Assembly (NCBI GenBank): GCA_043228905.1
Contig: JBHGNT010000011.1
Location: forward strand, 7,316,001-7,380,000
DNA from: Azolla caroliniana
Taxonomy: Eukaryota > Plantae > Polypodiophyta
Reading direction: 5' to 3'
DNA length: 64,000 nucleotides
A program made the translations under genes and the position numbers. The notes under the pieces were generated by a model that did not search any database, was not told the DNA's origin, and saw nothing but the letters and a program-made list of their open reading frames with translations. Of the stretch, positions 24,623 through 37,891 are shown piece after piece. Within the stretch, counting starts at the first letter, position 1. Every line of letters starts with the position of its first letter.

Positions 24623-27600
24623 AAATAGAACAATAAATGAAAGTATCAGATGTATGCACTCTCATGCAATGTTGCCACATACATTTTGGGCAGAGTCAAT
24701 GTTTACAATTGTGCATATTATCAACCTTTCTCCTTCCCTTCCACTTGAAGATGATATTCCACAAAGAGTCTAGACAGGGAAAGATGTTTGTCATAAGCAT
24801 ATAAAGGTCTTTGGTTGTAGGGCATTTGTACACATTCCTAGAGATGAGAAATCCAAGCTTGCTAAGACAACCAAACAATGCATTTTTCTTGGGCATTCAG
24901 AGGATGAGTTTGGGTATAGATTTTGGGATCCTATTAGCAAGAAAGTGATCAGATGTCAAGATGTTGTTTTCTTTGAGGACCAAACCATTGAAGATACTGA
25001 CAAGACAAGTAATTTAGAGTCTCCTTCTATCACCAGCGTATAGCCAAAGCTAGTGTTTCTTGATCCATCCCCTAGAACACATGGGGGAGATACACAGGAA
25101 GATGATGATCATGATGATGATGACAACAATTGTGAAGATGGCAATAAGCTACCAGAGCAACCACCTACACCAGTAGAACCTCAACTGAGGAGATCCACTA
25201 GACAGAAACAACCTTCCTTTTAGATATCCCTCTAGTGATTTTGTATTGCTTACTGATGGGGGAAAGCCAGAGACTAATGAGGAAGTTATGTCACATGAGA
25301 AGCATATGGAGTTGTACAATGCCATGCAAGATGAGATGACATCTTTACATGAAAACCACATCTTCAATCTAGTGGAGCTACCTAAAGGTAAACGAGCATT
25401 CAGAAATAAGTGGGTGTTCATATTGAAATCTAGAGATGATGGCTCACCACAATGGTACAAGGCAAAATTACTGGTGAAAGGTTTTAGTCAGAAGAAGGGG
25501 ATCGACTTTGATAAGATTTTCTCCAATTGTGAAGATGTCTTCAATCAAAGTTGTTCTCTATTTGGTTGTGAGTACCGACTTGGAGATTGAACAACTTGAT
25601 GTAAACATTGCATTCCTTCATGGTGATTTGGAGGAGGAGATTTACATCCTAAAACCGGAAGGTTTTCAGGTTAAGGGTAAGGAGAAACTTGTGTGTAGGT
25701 TGAGAAAGAGCTTGTATGGTACAAGAAATTTGAGTCATCCGTGGTTGATTATAGTTTTCACAAAACACAAGAGAATCCGTGTGTTTGTGAAGAATTATCC
25801 TAAGGGTGATTTCTTGATTATCCTTCTATATGTGGATGATATGTTGATTGTTGGTTCTAACACCAAGAGAATTGTCAGTTTGAAGAATGCTTTAAGCAAG
25901 TCCTTTGCCATGAAGAATCTTGACCCTAGAAAGGAAATTTTAGGCATGAATATCTCCCGTGATAGAAAGAACAAGAAGTTATGGTTATCACAAGAGAAGC
26001 ATATTGAAAAGGTGATCCAAAAGTTCAATATGGACAAACCTAGATACGTGAGTTCTCCACTTGCAAGCCATATGAAATTAAGTTCTAGTCAGTGTCCTAC
26101 AAGTAAAGAAGACAAAGAAGAGATGAAGACATTGCCTTATGCCTCTGTTGTTGGTAGTTTAATGTATGCCATGGTATGTACGCGGTCAGACATTGCGCAT
26201 GCAGTTGGGGTTGTTAGTCGATTCATGTCTAACCCAGGGAGGGAGCTTTGGACAGTTGTGAAATGGATTCTCCGATATCTCAAGGGTACTTCTAGAGTGT
26301 GTTTATGTTTTGGATCTGGACAACCTATGTTAGATGGCTGTACAGATGTAGATATATCAAGTGATATTGATTCTAGCAAGTCTACTTCTAGGTATTTGAT
26401 GACATTTGCAAGAGGACCTGTATCTTGGCAATCTAAAGCACAAAAGTGTGTTGTGTTGTCAACCACAGAGGCTGAGTATATTGCAGTCGTTGAAGTATTA
26501 GTGGAGTTTTGGTGCCGTTGTGAACAGTCCCATAGGTTTTCCCCACATCGGGGTTTTCCATGTAAATTTCGTGTCTCCTTGATTATTTGTTTGTTAGTGT
26601 TTGGGCGTGGAGTTTCTTCCTGAATTGTTGTGCAGATTAGTTTGATTACTATCTTATATTTGACAACAAAACTAGGGAAATGATTAGTTAGATTCCATGT
26701 GGAATTGTGGTATTGTCTTGTGCTTCCCCAACAATCAATAAAAAATTGCGGCTATTTGTGCAATTCCAGCCCACTTTGTGCTTATCTTAATATGCCACAA
26801 TACAGGGGCAAGCTAAACAGAAAAGCTGGAAATCAGAAAATTAGAAGTGTAAACAGAAAATCAGAAAATACAAAGAGAGATTAGTGTTACATATGGTGAA
26901 AGGCCGGAAAGGTAATTCCCACTAACTATAGTATGAATATAGGACAAAAGTGTGATTAAAGGGTTAATGTTGCCGAAACTATTTTTGTGTGTCTATGTTT
27001 TGTGTGTTCCTATTGTGTGCATTTTTTGTTGCAAGTTCAAAGTAGTTGGGGACAACCACTTCATCCTCATTTCCAATAATGGTATCTAATGGAGGTGGCC
27101 AAGAGATCATAGAAGCTTTTTTCTTCTTTTATGTATGTTGCTTGTATTCATACACACAAACAGAAAGGTTGTGTCATTATATATAGCCAGCCACGCGAGG
27201 TAATCATTACCATAGTCTTGTTGTTGCAAGAACTCTTCAACCACATTTTGTACATCTCAAGAGGTATTTCTCTCAAACATCTAGTGAATATGTATCTACC
27301 CGCTCTACGATGACAAACAACGAAACGAGCATTTCTCTATATGCACTAGATTGTGACATAGAAGTTGCATGTTACATGCATGCCCACTTGATGTTTGATT
27401 GTGAAATGGAAGTTGTGTGTTAGTCACTCCCCATTGATCCTTGGTTGATATATGAACGAGGTGTTGCTTTTAGGAGCATAAATTAGTTTGACACATTGAT
27501 CGTAGTTGTGCTTGAGATTCACTAGTGAGTAGTGTCTCAACTATTGTTAAGTGAAGATTTTGTTTATCAGAAGCCATTGTCAGATGAAGACGTTATGATG

Positions 27601-27689
27601 CTTGAACCCTCTATATTGACCTTTATTCTTGAGTGTTCTAGTTTCTAATGTATTTGCAACAATTGTTTTTTTGGAACAAAGATTGACTT

Positions 27690-28050
27690 CACATATGCCA
27701 TTAGTTGTTGGCTCTTTGATGTACACAATGGTCCTAACCCAACCTAATTTAATGCATGCAATTGGCATGGTAAGAAAATTTATGCACAACCCTAGTCAAC
27801 CACACTAGAATGTAGTGAAACATAACTTCATGTCTTTGATTTGCACACAAGACTTCATAGGAAATTTGGCTCAGGAAATATTAAAATCGAAACAACTAGC
27901 TTGGTTATACAAATTCAGACAATGCAAGATTCCTAAACTGTTGAAAATAAATATTTGGCTATTTATTTCAATTCACATGTGCAACAATCAACGTTAGGAC
28001 TGCGCAACACCTCGACGACTAAAGTAAAATATGTAGCTACATTTGATGAT
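27690..28050 (+). pseudogene. Ancient copia RT/RNaseH remnant
   Basis: Reads VGSLMYTMVLTQPNLMHAIGMVRKFMHNPSQPH*NVVKH, homologous to the copia GSLMYAMVCTRPDI...NPG..HW..VK segment. Confidence 0.6.
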
Positions 28051-28482
28051 GGCATGACGTGGTGTGTTTAGAAGAGGAAAGTATAAGAAATTCATGTTAC
28101 TATAGGTTAAGGGTATGATAGATGAGAAGACATTAAGAACATTTGCTAAGATCGAATTAAAACCCATAACTAAACATAGCCCAAGTGGTGAAAGTTATTC
28201 ACTTAGAACGTTTAAGTTCAAGTCTTGAAACCTTGTTAGAACTTTTAGAAGGAATATTTGAGCTATGACAAGCAAAGCAAAAAGAAAAAGTAGTAGTGCA
28301 TGTTAAAAGCTACACCACTATTTTTATTTGTAAGAGGAGCTCCAAAATGTTATAAAGGAGCAAGAGAGCCCATTGTTTAGCGCAAATTTGGAGATTCAAG
28401 GTGGAACCTTTGCCAATATTTGGTCTTATATGGGAAGCGATTCAAGAGGGTGCAATGCGATTCAAGTATATGGGAAGCCCAT

Positions 28483-28573
28483 TGTCAGGAATAGTACTGA
28501 GACAAAGAAGAAATTAGTACTAAGAGAGGAATATTAGTACTAAGAGGAATAGAGGGTGTAGAACACTCGAGAG

Positions 28574-28615
<42 letters not shown>

Positions 28616-30125
28616 TGAGAGAAAATGATGATGATAGTGATATATTATGTGAGAAGAATATACAAGGAAGGCTAGGAGGCTTAAGACTGGCGTTGAACCA
28701 ATTTGGTTCGAAATAATGCCTTGTGCCTCCTTTTATAGTGTTCTCAGGAGTAATCCTGAAGCTTCTAGAATGTTCCAGAGAAATCTAGAATATACATTAA
28801 TTTTCTATAGTAAAACTTAAATAAAAATAATATTTTACATATTACAATAGATAGTGTAATGGTCATGGGTTCGAGTTTTGCCATATCATGACACTATCCC
28901 CCCTTTAAAACGACAAGTGTCACGAGTCATTTTGGATTGAGGACCCAGTTTATCTGGATATTGACGATGGAAGTCTTCAAGAAGAGCACGAGCATTGGTC
29001 ACATTCTCTATTGGTTCCCAAGTACGATCGCTGGGACTATATCCTAGCCAATCGACTAAATAGTAAAGCTTGTTGCGAATAATCTTGGAATCGAGGATGA
29101 CGGCAACCTCGTACTCAGGTCCATCTTCAAGTTCGATCCGGGGTGGAGGTTCTGGAATACGTCCTGGGATGGTGCTGTCTTGATAGAGTTCGAGGAGAGA
29201 ACTATGAAACACCGGATGTATGCGAAGTTGTGGGGGTAGATTGAGACGAAAAGCGACATCATTAATCTTTCTGATAATACGGAAAGGAACTAATCGCCGA
29301 TAATCCAACTTCTCGCATGGGCGAGTAGTCTTGATGTGTCGTCGTAGTTGCCATACTCGATCTCCAATGTTAAAACTGGATGGAAGCCGATGACAATCCA
29401 CATAAACCTTGTGTGTTTGTTGAGCTTGTTGTAGATGAGTAGATAAATCTAGTTGTATCTTGCGTAACCGCTCCAAATGATCCTCTTCGCAAGGATTTGT
29501 GGGTAACTCTGGGGTTTCAAATACACACCACCGGGGGGTGATAACCCGTATAAGCATAAAATGGCGTAACTTTAGTCGATGAGTGGAAAGAGTTATTATA
29601 CGCAAATTCGACGAAGTGGAGAATATCCGCCCAGTCATCCTGATGATATCTTAGAAAGCACCGAAGATACTGCTCAAGCGTTTGATTTGTTTGTTCTGCT
29701 TGGCCGTCGGTTTGCGGGTGGTAGCCGGAGGAGAGGTTACAAGTGACCTTGAGCATTTAAAAAAGGTGCTTCCAGAATTTCGAGACAAACTGGGGTCCAC
29801 GATCGTTGATGATATTATCAAGAAGGCCATGATGCCGACATACTTCACACATGACAATTTCGGCGGTTTCTTCACTGGAAATTTCCTTAGTACATAGCAG
29901 GAAATGAGCCATCTTCGTATATCGATCTACTACTGTTAAAATCGCATTAAATCCCTTAGAGACTAGAAGATTTATGATGAAATCTAGAGCAATGGATTGC
30001 CACGGCTTGCTTGGAATTAGTAATGGTTGTAATAAACCATATCGATGATTCCTTGACATTTTTACTCTGCAACATGTATCACAAGTCCAAACAAAATCTT
30101 CGAGAAATTGTCACATACAAGGCCA
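28483..30125 (-). mobile_element. Chromovirus (Ty3/gypsy) 3' fragment: integrase, chromodomain, PPT and 3' LTR (28483-28893)
   Basis: Integrase PWQSIALDFI, YHPQTDGQAE and IHPVFH. Chromodomain EYEVAVILDSKIIRNKLYYLVDWLGYSPSDRTWEP. PPT ggggggatag at 28894-28903; TG...CA LTR. Confidence 0.88.
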
Positions 30126-30134
30126 CTAGAATGA

Positions 30135-31040
30135 TTGTTGTGGAGTTCAGTTAACACTAACAACGGCATACAATCCGGAAGCCAATAGAAAGATCGAACG
30201 AGGACATAGTCCAATCGTCAAAGCACTTGCAAAAGCATGCGACGAAAGGGTGAAGGATTGGCCGCAGATGCTCCTATATGCACTATGGGCGGATCGTACG
30301 ACGCATAGTTCCGTGACCGGTTTTATTCCAACCGAACTCATGATCGGACAAGCACCGGTAATGCCGACGGAAACCGCAATTGCGACATGGACAGTGTTGC
30401 AGTGGAAGGAAGAGATGAGCCGGGAAGAACTACTAGCGGTCTGGATATGACAACTAGAGGGACAACCGGAAGACATAGTAGAAGCAACATGCCGACAACA
30501 GGAAGCGCGATTCCGGTACAAAAGCTGATTCAACACAAAGCATCGACTACGACCACGGAAGATAGAAGAAAGAGATTGGGTGATTGTCTATGACAGTAGT
30601 CTGCATCATTAACATACAATGATACGGAAGTTTGCGAAAAGGTGGTTCGGGCCATACGAGGTTCGGAAAGTTTTTGACAACGGAACTTACCGACTATGCG
30701 AGTTGGATGGAACAGTACTACGGGTGCCTATAGCGGGGAAACGGGTGAAGATTTTCAAGAAGCGGACTGACGAAGAACCCTATGTAACCCTGGACAAGAC
30801 CGACATCGAGGAGCAACCAGACAAAGATCATGGTGATATAGAAAACGAAGAAAGTGAACTACAACTCATAGTCGACATAAAGGGAGAATCGGAGAGTGCT
30901 CCGGATGAAGACGAATAACATGCATTGGGAACTTCAGCACATACCAGAGGATGTGTGGGTTCGGAGGGGGCGAGTGTCGTAGTGTAGTCCACACACTACG
31001 TGAAAAATGTAAAATTAATATATCCGATTTAAGTACATAT
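30135..31040 (+). mobile_element. Integrase end, PPT and start of 3' LTR (from 30975) of a relative of the Trp-primed gypsy family
   Basis: TTAYNPEAN, YALWADRTTHSSVTGF and WFGPYEV match the 2895-10379 element. PPT ggagggggcgag is followed by TGTCGT. Confidence 0.82.
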
Positions 31041-31226
31041 TGACAGGAACTCACGCTCCCTTCGCGCAACGCTCGGCCACAACCGAGCTTAGAATCATAC
31101 ACAGAAAAAACGGTGAAAGAATGCACGACACGAAGAAGAGAAGAGTACACAGGATGTTTACGTGGAAAACCCAAACTAAGGGAAAAACCACGGCAGCCCA
31201 CAGGCTGCAAACTATCACTATGTTAG
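31041..31226 (-). mobile_element. LTR fragment of the same family as solo LTR 48918-55016
   Basis: Reverse complement matches 54835-55016 (...gcgtgcagttcctgtca). Cut by copia D at 31227. Confidence 0.8.
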
Positions 31227-34200
31227 TGTAAACGTAAGTGTTTGCGGAAGCGTAAAACAGAGAACAACACACAGAGAGACAGAGAGAGACAGAGAGAGCA
31301 GAACACAATTTCAAAATTATATCAAGACTCTGTACACACACTGTGCTAAGTAGCACTATTTATACAAGTCCTCTTGGGACTGACAGAAGTACCATGTACT
31401 TCAATGCTCACACGAGCATCTGACACTTACTACGAGACTATAACTACCTAGTAGTCTATCCTATACTAGGCTTCCGATTGGACTTCCGGTTACGGATTGC
31501 ACCCGGCCTCCACTGCTTGCCGGTTCGGTTGCTCACCGTAATACCGATCCGTTTCGCCCTATCCGTCTCGCTTACCGGCTCCGGCTTATTCAGCCGATCC
31601 GGCTCCGGTTGAGCTTGCCACTCAACACTCCCCCTCAAGCTCAACCTGAGGTGGGGTCGTAGTGTCGACCTCTGTGGCAATCGGTTCTTCCAACCGACTT
31701 CTCCTGGCGTCACTCCGCCTTGCTCGCGCTCCTCGTCCGGTCCGGTCCCGTTTGTCGCGACCCCTTTGGTTATGCGCGCCTCGACCCTCTCGGTCGGCAT
31801 GTCTGCTCAATAGGCCCATCTCAGCACTCACGTTACTGTGACTCCGGCGCTTGCCGATCCGTTAGTTCTCCCGCTGTGTCCGTGTCCCCTTGGCATCGAC
31901 TTCCGCTGTGTCCGTGTCCCCTTGGCCTTCAGTCGATCCGACTCATCCGGATCCATCTGTTGATCCGAGTCAGTTGTCTCCGACTCGTTCCAGCTCTTGT
32001 CCGAATCGGTACACTCTGATTCGACTTCCGGCTTCAGGCCTCTCACCACATCGGACCACTTCCGAGTCTTGGCCTTCTCCATGCTTCCCTCGGCTTCTTC
32101 AGCCGGTGAACCGAAATCGAATTCTTCATTCGACTCTGTATCATGGTCAGTACCGTCGTGATGACCTCCGCACTGCATACGCTTCTCTTCTTGAGTGCAC
32201 AACTCTTCTTCACAGCCGCTTGCTCCGACTTGTTCGGATGTGTCGACTTCCTTCATCTTCTTGTCTCCTCTTCTTCCGGCTCTCCTCTTACCGACAGGTT
32301 CAACAGTTTTCTGGCCTTTGCCCGTTTTGGTAGAGACTTTGCCCTTGCTTCTCCCCCTCAAGTGCGGCACGTCGAGATGTTGAATACCAAGCATGTCGGT
32401 AAAGTGCTACAACTTGTCCGATCCGAGAGGCTTGGTGAAGATGTCGGAAACTTGCTGATCCGTATGAACATACCGTAGGTCAACTTCACCGCTCAGGACC
32501 CACTCACGCAAGAAGTGGTAGTGCACCTCGATGTGCTTTGTGCGAGCATGGAACACAGGGTTCCTGGCAAGCTGCAGGCTGCTCATGTTATCGCAGTAAA
32601 TCGGGATCAGGGTCGGTACCTCGATCCGCAAGTCTCAAAGCAGTCGCCGAAGCCAGATGGCTTCACAAGTGGCTACGGTAGCGCCCCGGTACTCAGCCTC
32701 AGTGCTTGCTTGACAAAGCCACTGTGGGCTGCTTCTTGCTACTCCATGCAACGGCCGCGCTACCTATGGAGAACATGTAACCAGAGGTCTGATACATCGT
32801 CGGCCCAGTCGGCATCCGTGTAACCGACGAGCTCTTCGGTTATACCTCGCCTGTATAACAGTCCTCGGTCCTTGGTGTCGCTGACATACCGCAATATCCG
32901 TTGCGCGCACTAAAGGTGCTCCACGGTCGGCTTCTGCATGACCTAACTTATCATTCCGATTGGATAGCTAATGTCGGGTCGCGTGATGGTCAAGTAAATA
33001 AGGCTTCCGACAATTTGTCAGAACCGTTGCTCGTTGCAGGCCGGTCCGGAGTTGGGACGAAGCTTCTGGTTCCGGTCCAAGGGTATGGACACAGGTCGGC
33101 ATTCTGTCATGCCGAACTTGTACAGCATACTCAAGACGTAATGTCGTTGTGAGAGCAATATGCCGTCCAGGGTTCGGATCACCTCGATCCCTAGAAAATA
33201 ATGAAGGTCCCCCAGATCCTTCATCTCAAATGCGTCTGACAATTGGGACTTGACGCGGTTGATTTCTAGAATACCCGGTCCGGTGATGACTAGATCATCA
33301 ACATACATCAATATACATACCGGACCGGCTGGGCCTTGCTGGATGAACAATGAAGAGTCTGATTTGGAGGCCACAAACCCCATCTTTCGCAACCAGTGCG
33401 TGATCTTCGCATTCCAAGTTCGAGGGGCTTGGTTCAGGCCGTACAACGACTTCATCAGTCGGCATACCGCTGACTTGTTCATCTCCGATTGAAAACCGGG
33501 AGGCTGAGTCATAATGACTTCTTCTTCAAGATCACCTTGAAGAAATGCATTCTTCACATCCATCTGATGAAGATGCCACCCCCTTGCAGCAACAACCGCC
33601 AGCACCACTCGAACCGTCGTCATCTTTGCTACAGGAGCAAAGGTCTCGTCGTAGTCGATTCCGTGGGTCTGCGCATATCCCTTCGCCACAAACCGGCCCT
33701 TGTACCGGTTAACTGAACCGTCGGCGTTGTACTTTACTTTGTATATCCACTTGCATCCGATCGGTTTACAATGACGAGGAGGGTCAACCAGGTCCCATGT
33801 CTTGTTGACATCAAGTGCCCGCATTTCTTCCTCTATAGCGGCACGCCAATTTGCGTCCTTGGCCGCTTGTGCGTAGCTCTCTGGCTCACGCACTTCCGCC
33901 ACCTTAGTCATGTATGCATTGTGATGCGCCATGTACTCATTGTACCCGTACCGCTTGACAGGATCCTTCTGGCAGGTGGACCGGCGTAACTCACCGTTAC
34001 CTGGTTTGAGGCCCTTCTTGGCCGGTTCGGTCTTCGTTGCCGAATATCTGCCTTTCTCCTTGCCAGAGTCGGACGTACACCGATCCGACTCATCGTTGCC
34101 GGATTCAAATTCCTGCATCTTCTTCTTCCCCTTCTCTTTGCGCGTGAACCGTCTCCTCGGTTCCTTGCGCGGGGAGTGCACGGCAGAGTCTCCACTACTC

Positions 34201-37139
34201 GTTGGTTCCTCCTCAGACCGGTCAGATTGACTCAGTCTCTCGTTCGGCCCACTCAACCGGAATGATTCCGGACTCTCATCCTGAGTCCACGCTTGATCAT
34301 CCTCTACCTGGGCCGGGTGAGGATCACTAGCCTCATCCACCGGCATCGGGTCCGATTCGGTAAGGAGTACCACGATGCCGATTCATCAAACTCGACATCT
34401 CGACTAATTCGGACCTGCTTTGTCCGGGGGTTATAACACTTATAACCCTTTTGCTCTTGAGAATAGCCGACTAGGATGCATTTTTCCGATTTTGCATCCA
34501 GCTTCCTCCGCTTCTCATCCGGTACATGCATAAATGCAATGCTACCGAAGATCTTAAGGTGTCTCAAATTCGGCTTCTGCCCGAAATACAGCTCGTGAGC
34601 TAACACCTTGTCACCGATCCGGTTCTGGATGTAGACAGTCGTTCGGACTGCCTCCGCCTAGTAGAATTTGGGCATGCTCTTCTCCTCCAGCATTTCCCTT
34701 GCCGCATCGATAAGCGACCGGTTCTTCCTCTCGACAACACCATTCTGTTGTGGTGTGTATCTGCAGCTGAACTCTCGCCGAATTCCCGTTTGCTGCAGAT
34801 AACCGTTGAATTGGCTGGAAAAGTATTCTTTCCCGCCACCCGACCGTAGGCATTTGATCTTCCTCTCCGATTCCCGTTCCACCATGCTTTGGAGACTCCG
34901 GAAACACTCGAAGACTTCACTCTTACGCTCAATGAGGTAGATCCATGTGTGCCGCATATAGTCGTCGATGAAGGAGACAAAATGTCGACTCCCGCCAAGA
35001 CTAACACTCTGTGCCGGTCCCCACACATCCGAATGGATTAGGTCGAGCTTGTTACGGCTCCGGTTACGTTCGGTAGGGAATGGAAGCCAATGTTTCTTCC
35101 CGAGTCGGCAGGCTTCACATACTTGGGCCTTCTGGCCGCTAAACTTCGGCAAACTGAAAACAACTTGTTTCGTTTGCAGGTCTTGAAGCCTCCGGTAATT
35201 GACATGGCCTATCCTCCTGTGCCACAGGTCGATGTCCGATTCGACCTTCTGTCCTTTTGTAAACAAAGCGGTGCCAACATCATTGGTGTCGAGGATAAAC
35301 ATCCTCCCGTCTCTGCGCCCTTGCGCAATAATTTGGCCCTCTTCCTCGATGAAGCATCCGAGGTGCATAAACCGCACCAGCATCCCCTGGTCGACGATCT
35401 GTCCGACCGACACCAGGTTCTTCGTGATTGTCGGAACGTGTAATACGTTCATCAGCTTCCCCTTCTGTCCGACGTGGCTTAAAGGGACTTCTCCGACGTG
35501 CACAATTGGGTGAGGAGTGTCATCTCCGGTTTCGACTACTCCTGGTTGATCTGGTTTTTCCAAAAAGGAGAACCACTCTTTGTGGCTCATCATGTGGTTC
35601 GATGCACCGGAGTCAACATACCAGACTTCCTCTGATTTGGAAGTGGTCTTCTTCATCGAGTTCGCCTCGTGCTTCATCACCAAGGTTGGCCCGTTACCGT
35701 TCTTGGATCCTCTTGATCCCTTCGCGTAGTGCGAGCTTTGTCGGCCATCCTTGCCGGCCTTGCCGGATCCGGATTTGTCCGAATCGACTCGTTTTCTCCA
35801 GCACTCGCTTTCTCTATGGCCCTTTTTGCCATAGTACCAGCATTCTGTTGCTGACTTCTCTTGCCGTCTTCCGGTGTCGCCATGACTCCCCTTGCTTGTG
35901 GAAGTCCCGAAACTGTTGTCGGCACGTTCTTTGTGCTTTCGTTCTTGCTCTTGTCGGCCGCCTCCATTGCGTGCCGACCCGCCTCGTCCACCACGCCCAT
36001 GGGACGGATCTGCCTTTGTGCACAGCATCCGGCTATCAGTGGGTGTGCTAGTTGACGCACCGGTGTGGTTCTCCTCTACAAAGAGCATCTACTGTAAGTC
36101 AAAAAATGATGGCGTATTCTCCCTTGTACACACCGCCGTTCGGAACGCTCTGAACTTAGATGCCAAGCCCCCAAGATAGACCTGTACCATCTCGTCTTCC
36201 TCTACGGTAACGTTGATAGGGCAAGCGAGTCACAGATCTCTTTGATCCGGGCCGTGTAATCCACCACCAACATGTCCTTCTGTCAGACATTGCTCAACTC
36301 CTGTCGGAGTTGCAGCTCCCGGGCTGTAGTGCTCGCGGCAAAAACCTTCTTTAGGTTCCCCCAAGCCTCCTTCGGCGTCTTGGCGTCTCAGATGTGGCTC
36401 AGCAGCTGGTCTCCGACACTGGACGCGAAGCAGTACATCACTATGCTTGCCAATTGTTCCCACACTGGGAAGTCCTTATGTGTCGCATCATGTGTTGCTT
36501 CGTTGGCTCCTTCGACGAAACTCCTGTAGCCATGCCCAAGCAGGTACTAGTGCATCTTATACGACCAAGATGCATAGTTGGATCTGTCGAGTTTCTCCAC
36601 AGGGAGCGAGCTAGCCATCCCTCTATCCATTACTTCTCTGTCTGCTGTTTTACGACCTGTTAGGGTTTGCTTTCAAGCGTTTTTCGGCTGCAGAGGAGGT
36701 TCTCAACCCTCGCGCTTTGATACCATGTAAACGATTACTTGCGGAAGCATTAGAAAACAGAGAAAGTAGGGAATACATAGAGTACGCGAGAGAGACAGAG
36801 AGAGCAAAACGCAAAAGCTATATTCAAAAACGATATAATTACTCTATCTATACAACTATGCTCAGTAGCATTATTCATACAAGTCCTCGTGGGACTGACA
36901 GAAGTACCGCGTACTTCAATGCTCACACGAGCTTCTGACACTTACTACGAGACTATAATTGCCTAGTACTCTAAACTAATACTAGGCTTCCGGTTACTGA
37001 TTGGATCCGGCTAACCGGCTCCCCAGCTCACCGGCTCTGTTGCTTGCCGACTCGGTTGCTCATGGCTTACCGATTCGTCTCGCTTGCCAACTCAGGCTTA
37101 TCCAGTCGATCCGGCTCCAGTTGAGCTTGCCGCTCAACA
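31227..37139 (-). mobile_element. Ty1/copia element D, full-length layout, degenerate, probably chimeric
   Basis: LTRs 31227-31627 and 36726-37139; PBS tggtatcaaagcg; PPT 31628-31639. Gag; protease WYVDSGAS; integrase HSDVWGP...PQQNGVVE; RT MYVDDL; RNaseH IYCDN. The LTRs are divergent and the flanks (GTTAG, CACAT) do not match. Confidence 0.88.
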
Positions 37140-37721
37140 CACATCAACTGTGTGTCGATCGAAGAAGTCCCTCTACGAACTCAAGCAAGCCTTGCGCGCC
37201 TGGAACGCGAAGATCACGCAGAGATTGCGTCGGATGGGGTTTGCTCATTTGAAATCAGACTCTTCACTTTTCATCCAGCAAGGTCAGAACGGACTGGACC
37301 GGTGAGCATATTGCTTTATGTTGATGATCTTTTCATCACCGACGCTGACCTAGACGAAATCGGTTGTGTCAAATCCCAACTTGCAGCATTCGAGATTAAG
37401 GATCTAGGAGACCTTCATTATTTCCTCGGGATCGAAGTGATCCGTACCCCTGATGGCATATTGATCAGTCAACGTCACAATGTGTTCAGTATGCTCTTCA
37501 AATTCGGTATGACGGAATGAAAATCCGTCTCGACTCCTCTGGATTGGAATGTTAAGCTTTGCCCTGACTCCGGAACGGCATACAACCCAAAAAGGTTCCA
37601 ACAACAAGTTGGAAGCCTTATTTACCCAACTATCACCCGACCGGACCTTAATTATCCAGTCGGACTGATTAGTCAATTTATGGCGCATCCAACCGTGGAG
37701 CACCTTCAGTGTGTGAACCGT

Positions 37722-37851
37722 TGTCACGTTGTTACGCGCATGCGTGGAGAAAGGCGGGACCACAGGGGTCTTGGACTAGAGAGCGATGGAGCGTAGGAAG
37801 TCGTGCTTCACTGTTTCTAGGGCATCTCAGAAACACACCGGAAGCAACCAA

Positions 37852-37891
<40 letters not shown>

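Larger units (their letters stand above)
16447..26733 (+). mobile_element. Ty1/copia element B, degenerate, with nested insertions and a deletion joining RNaseH to the middle of the 3' LTR
   Basis: 5' LTR 16447-17542; PBS tggtatcagatc (tRNA-iMet) at 17546. Gag with decayed knuckle (17948-18493); protease VIDSGAS; integrase interrupted at 19399 and resumed at 24623; RT LYVDDMLI. STTEAEYIAVVEV runs directly into LTR sequence (about 26495-26733). Confidence 0.88.

Noticed and set aside
16442-26738. TSD for copia B
   Set aside because: Flanks ATTAG and ATCAA match at only 3 of 5 positions, so no TSD is claimed and the left boundary is less certain.
31828-32394. env-like gene in copia D
   Set aside because: No hydrophobic transmembrane segment, and it is in frame with pol; treated as a pol extension.
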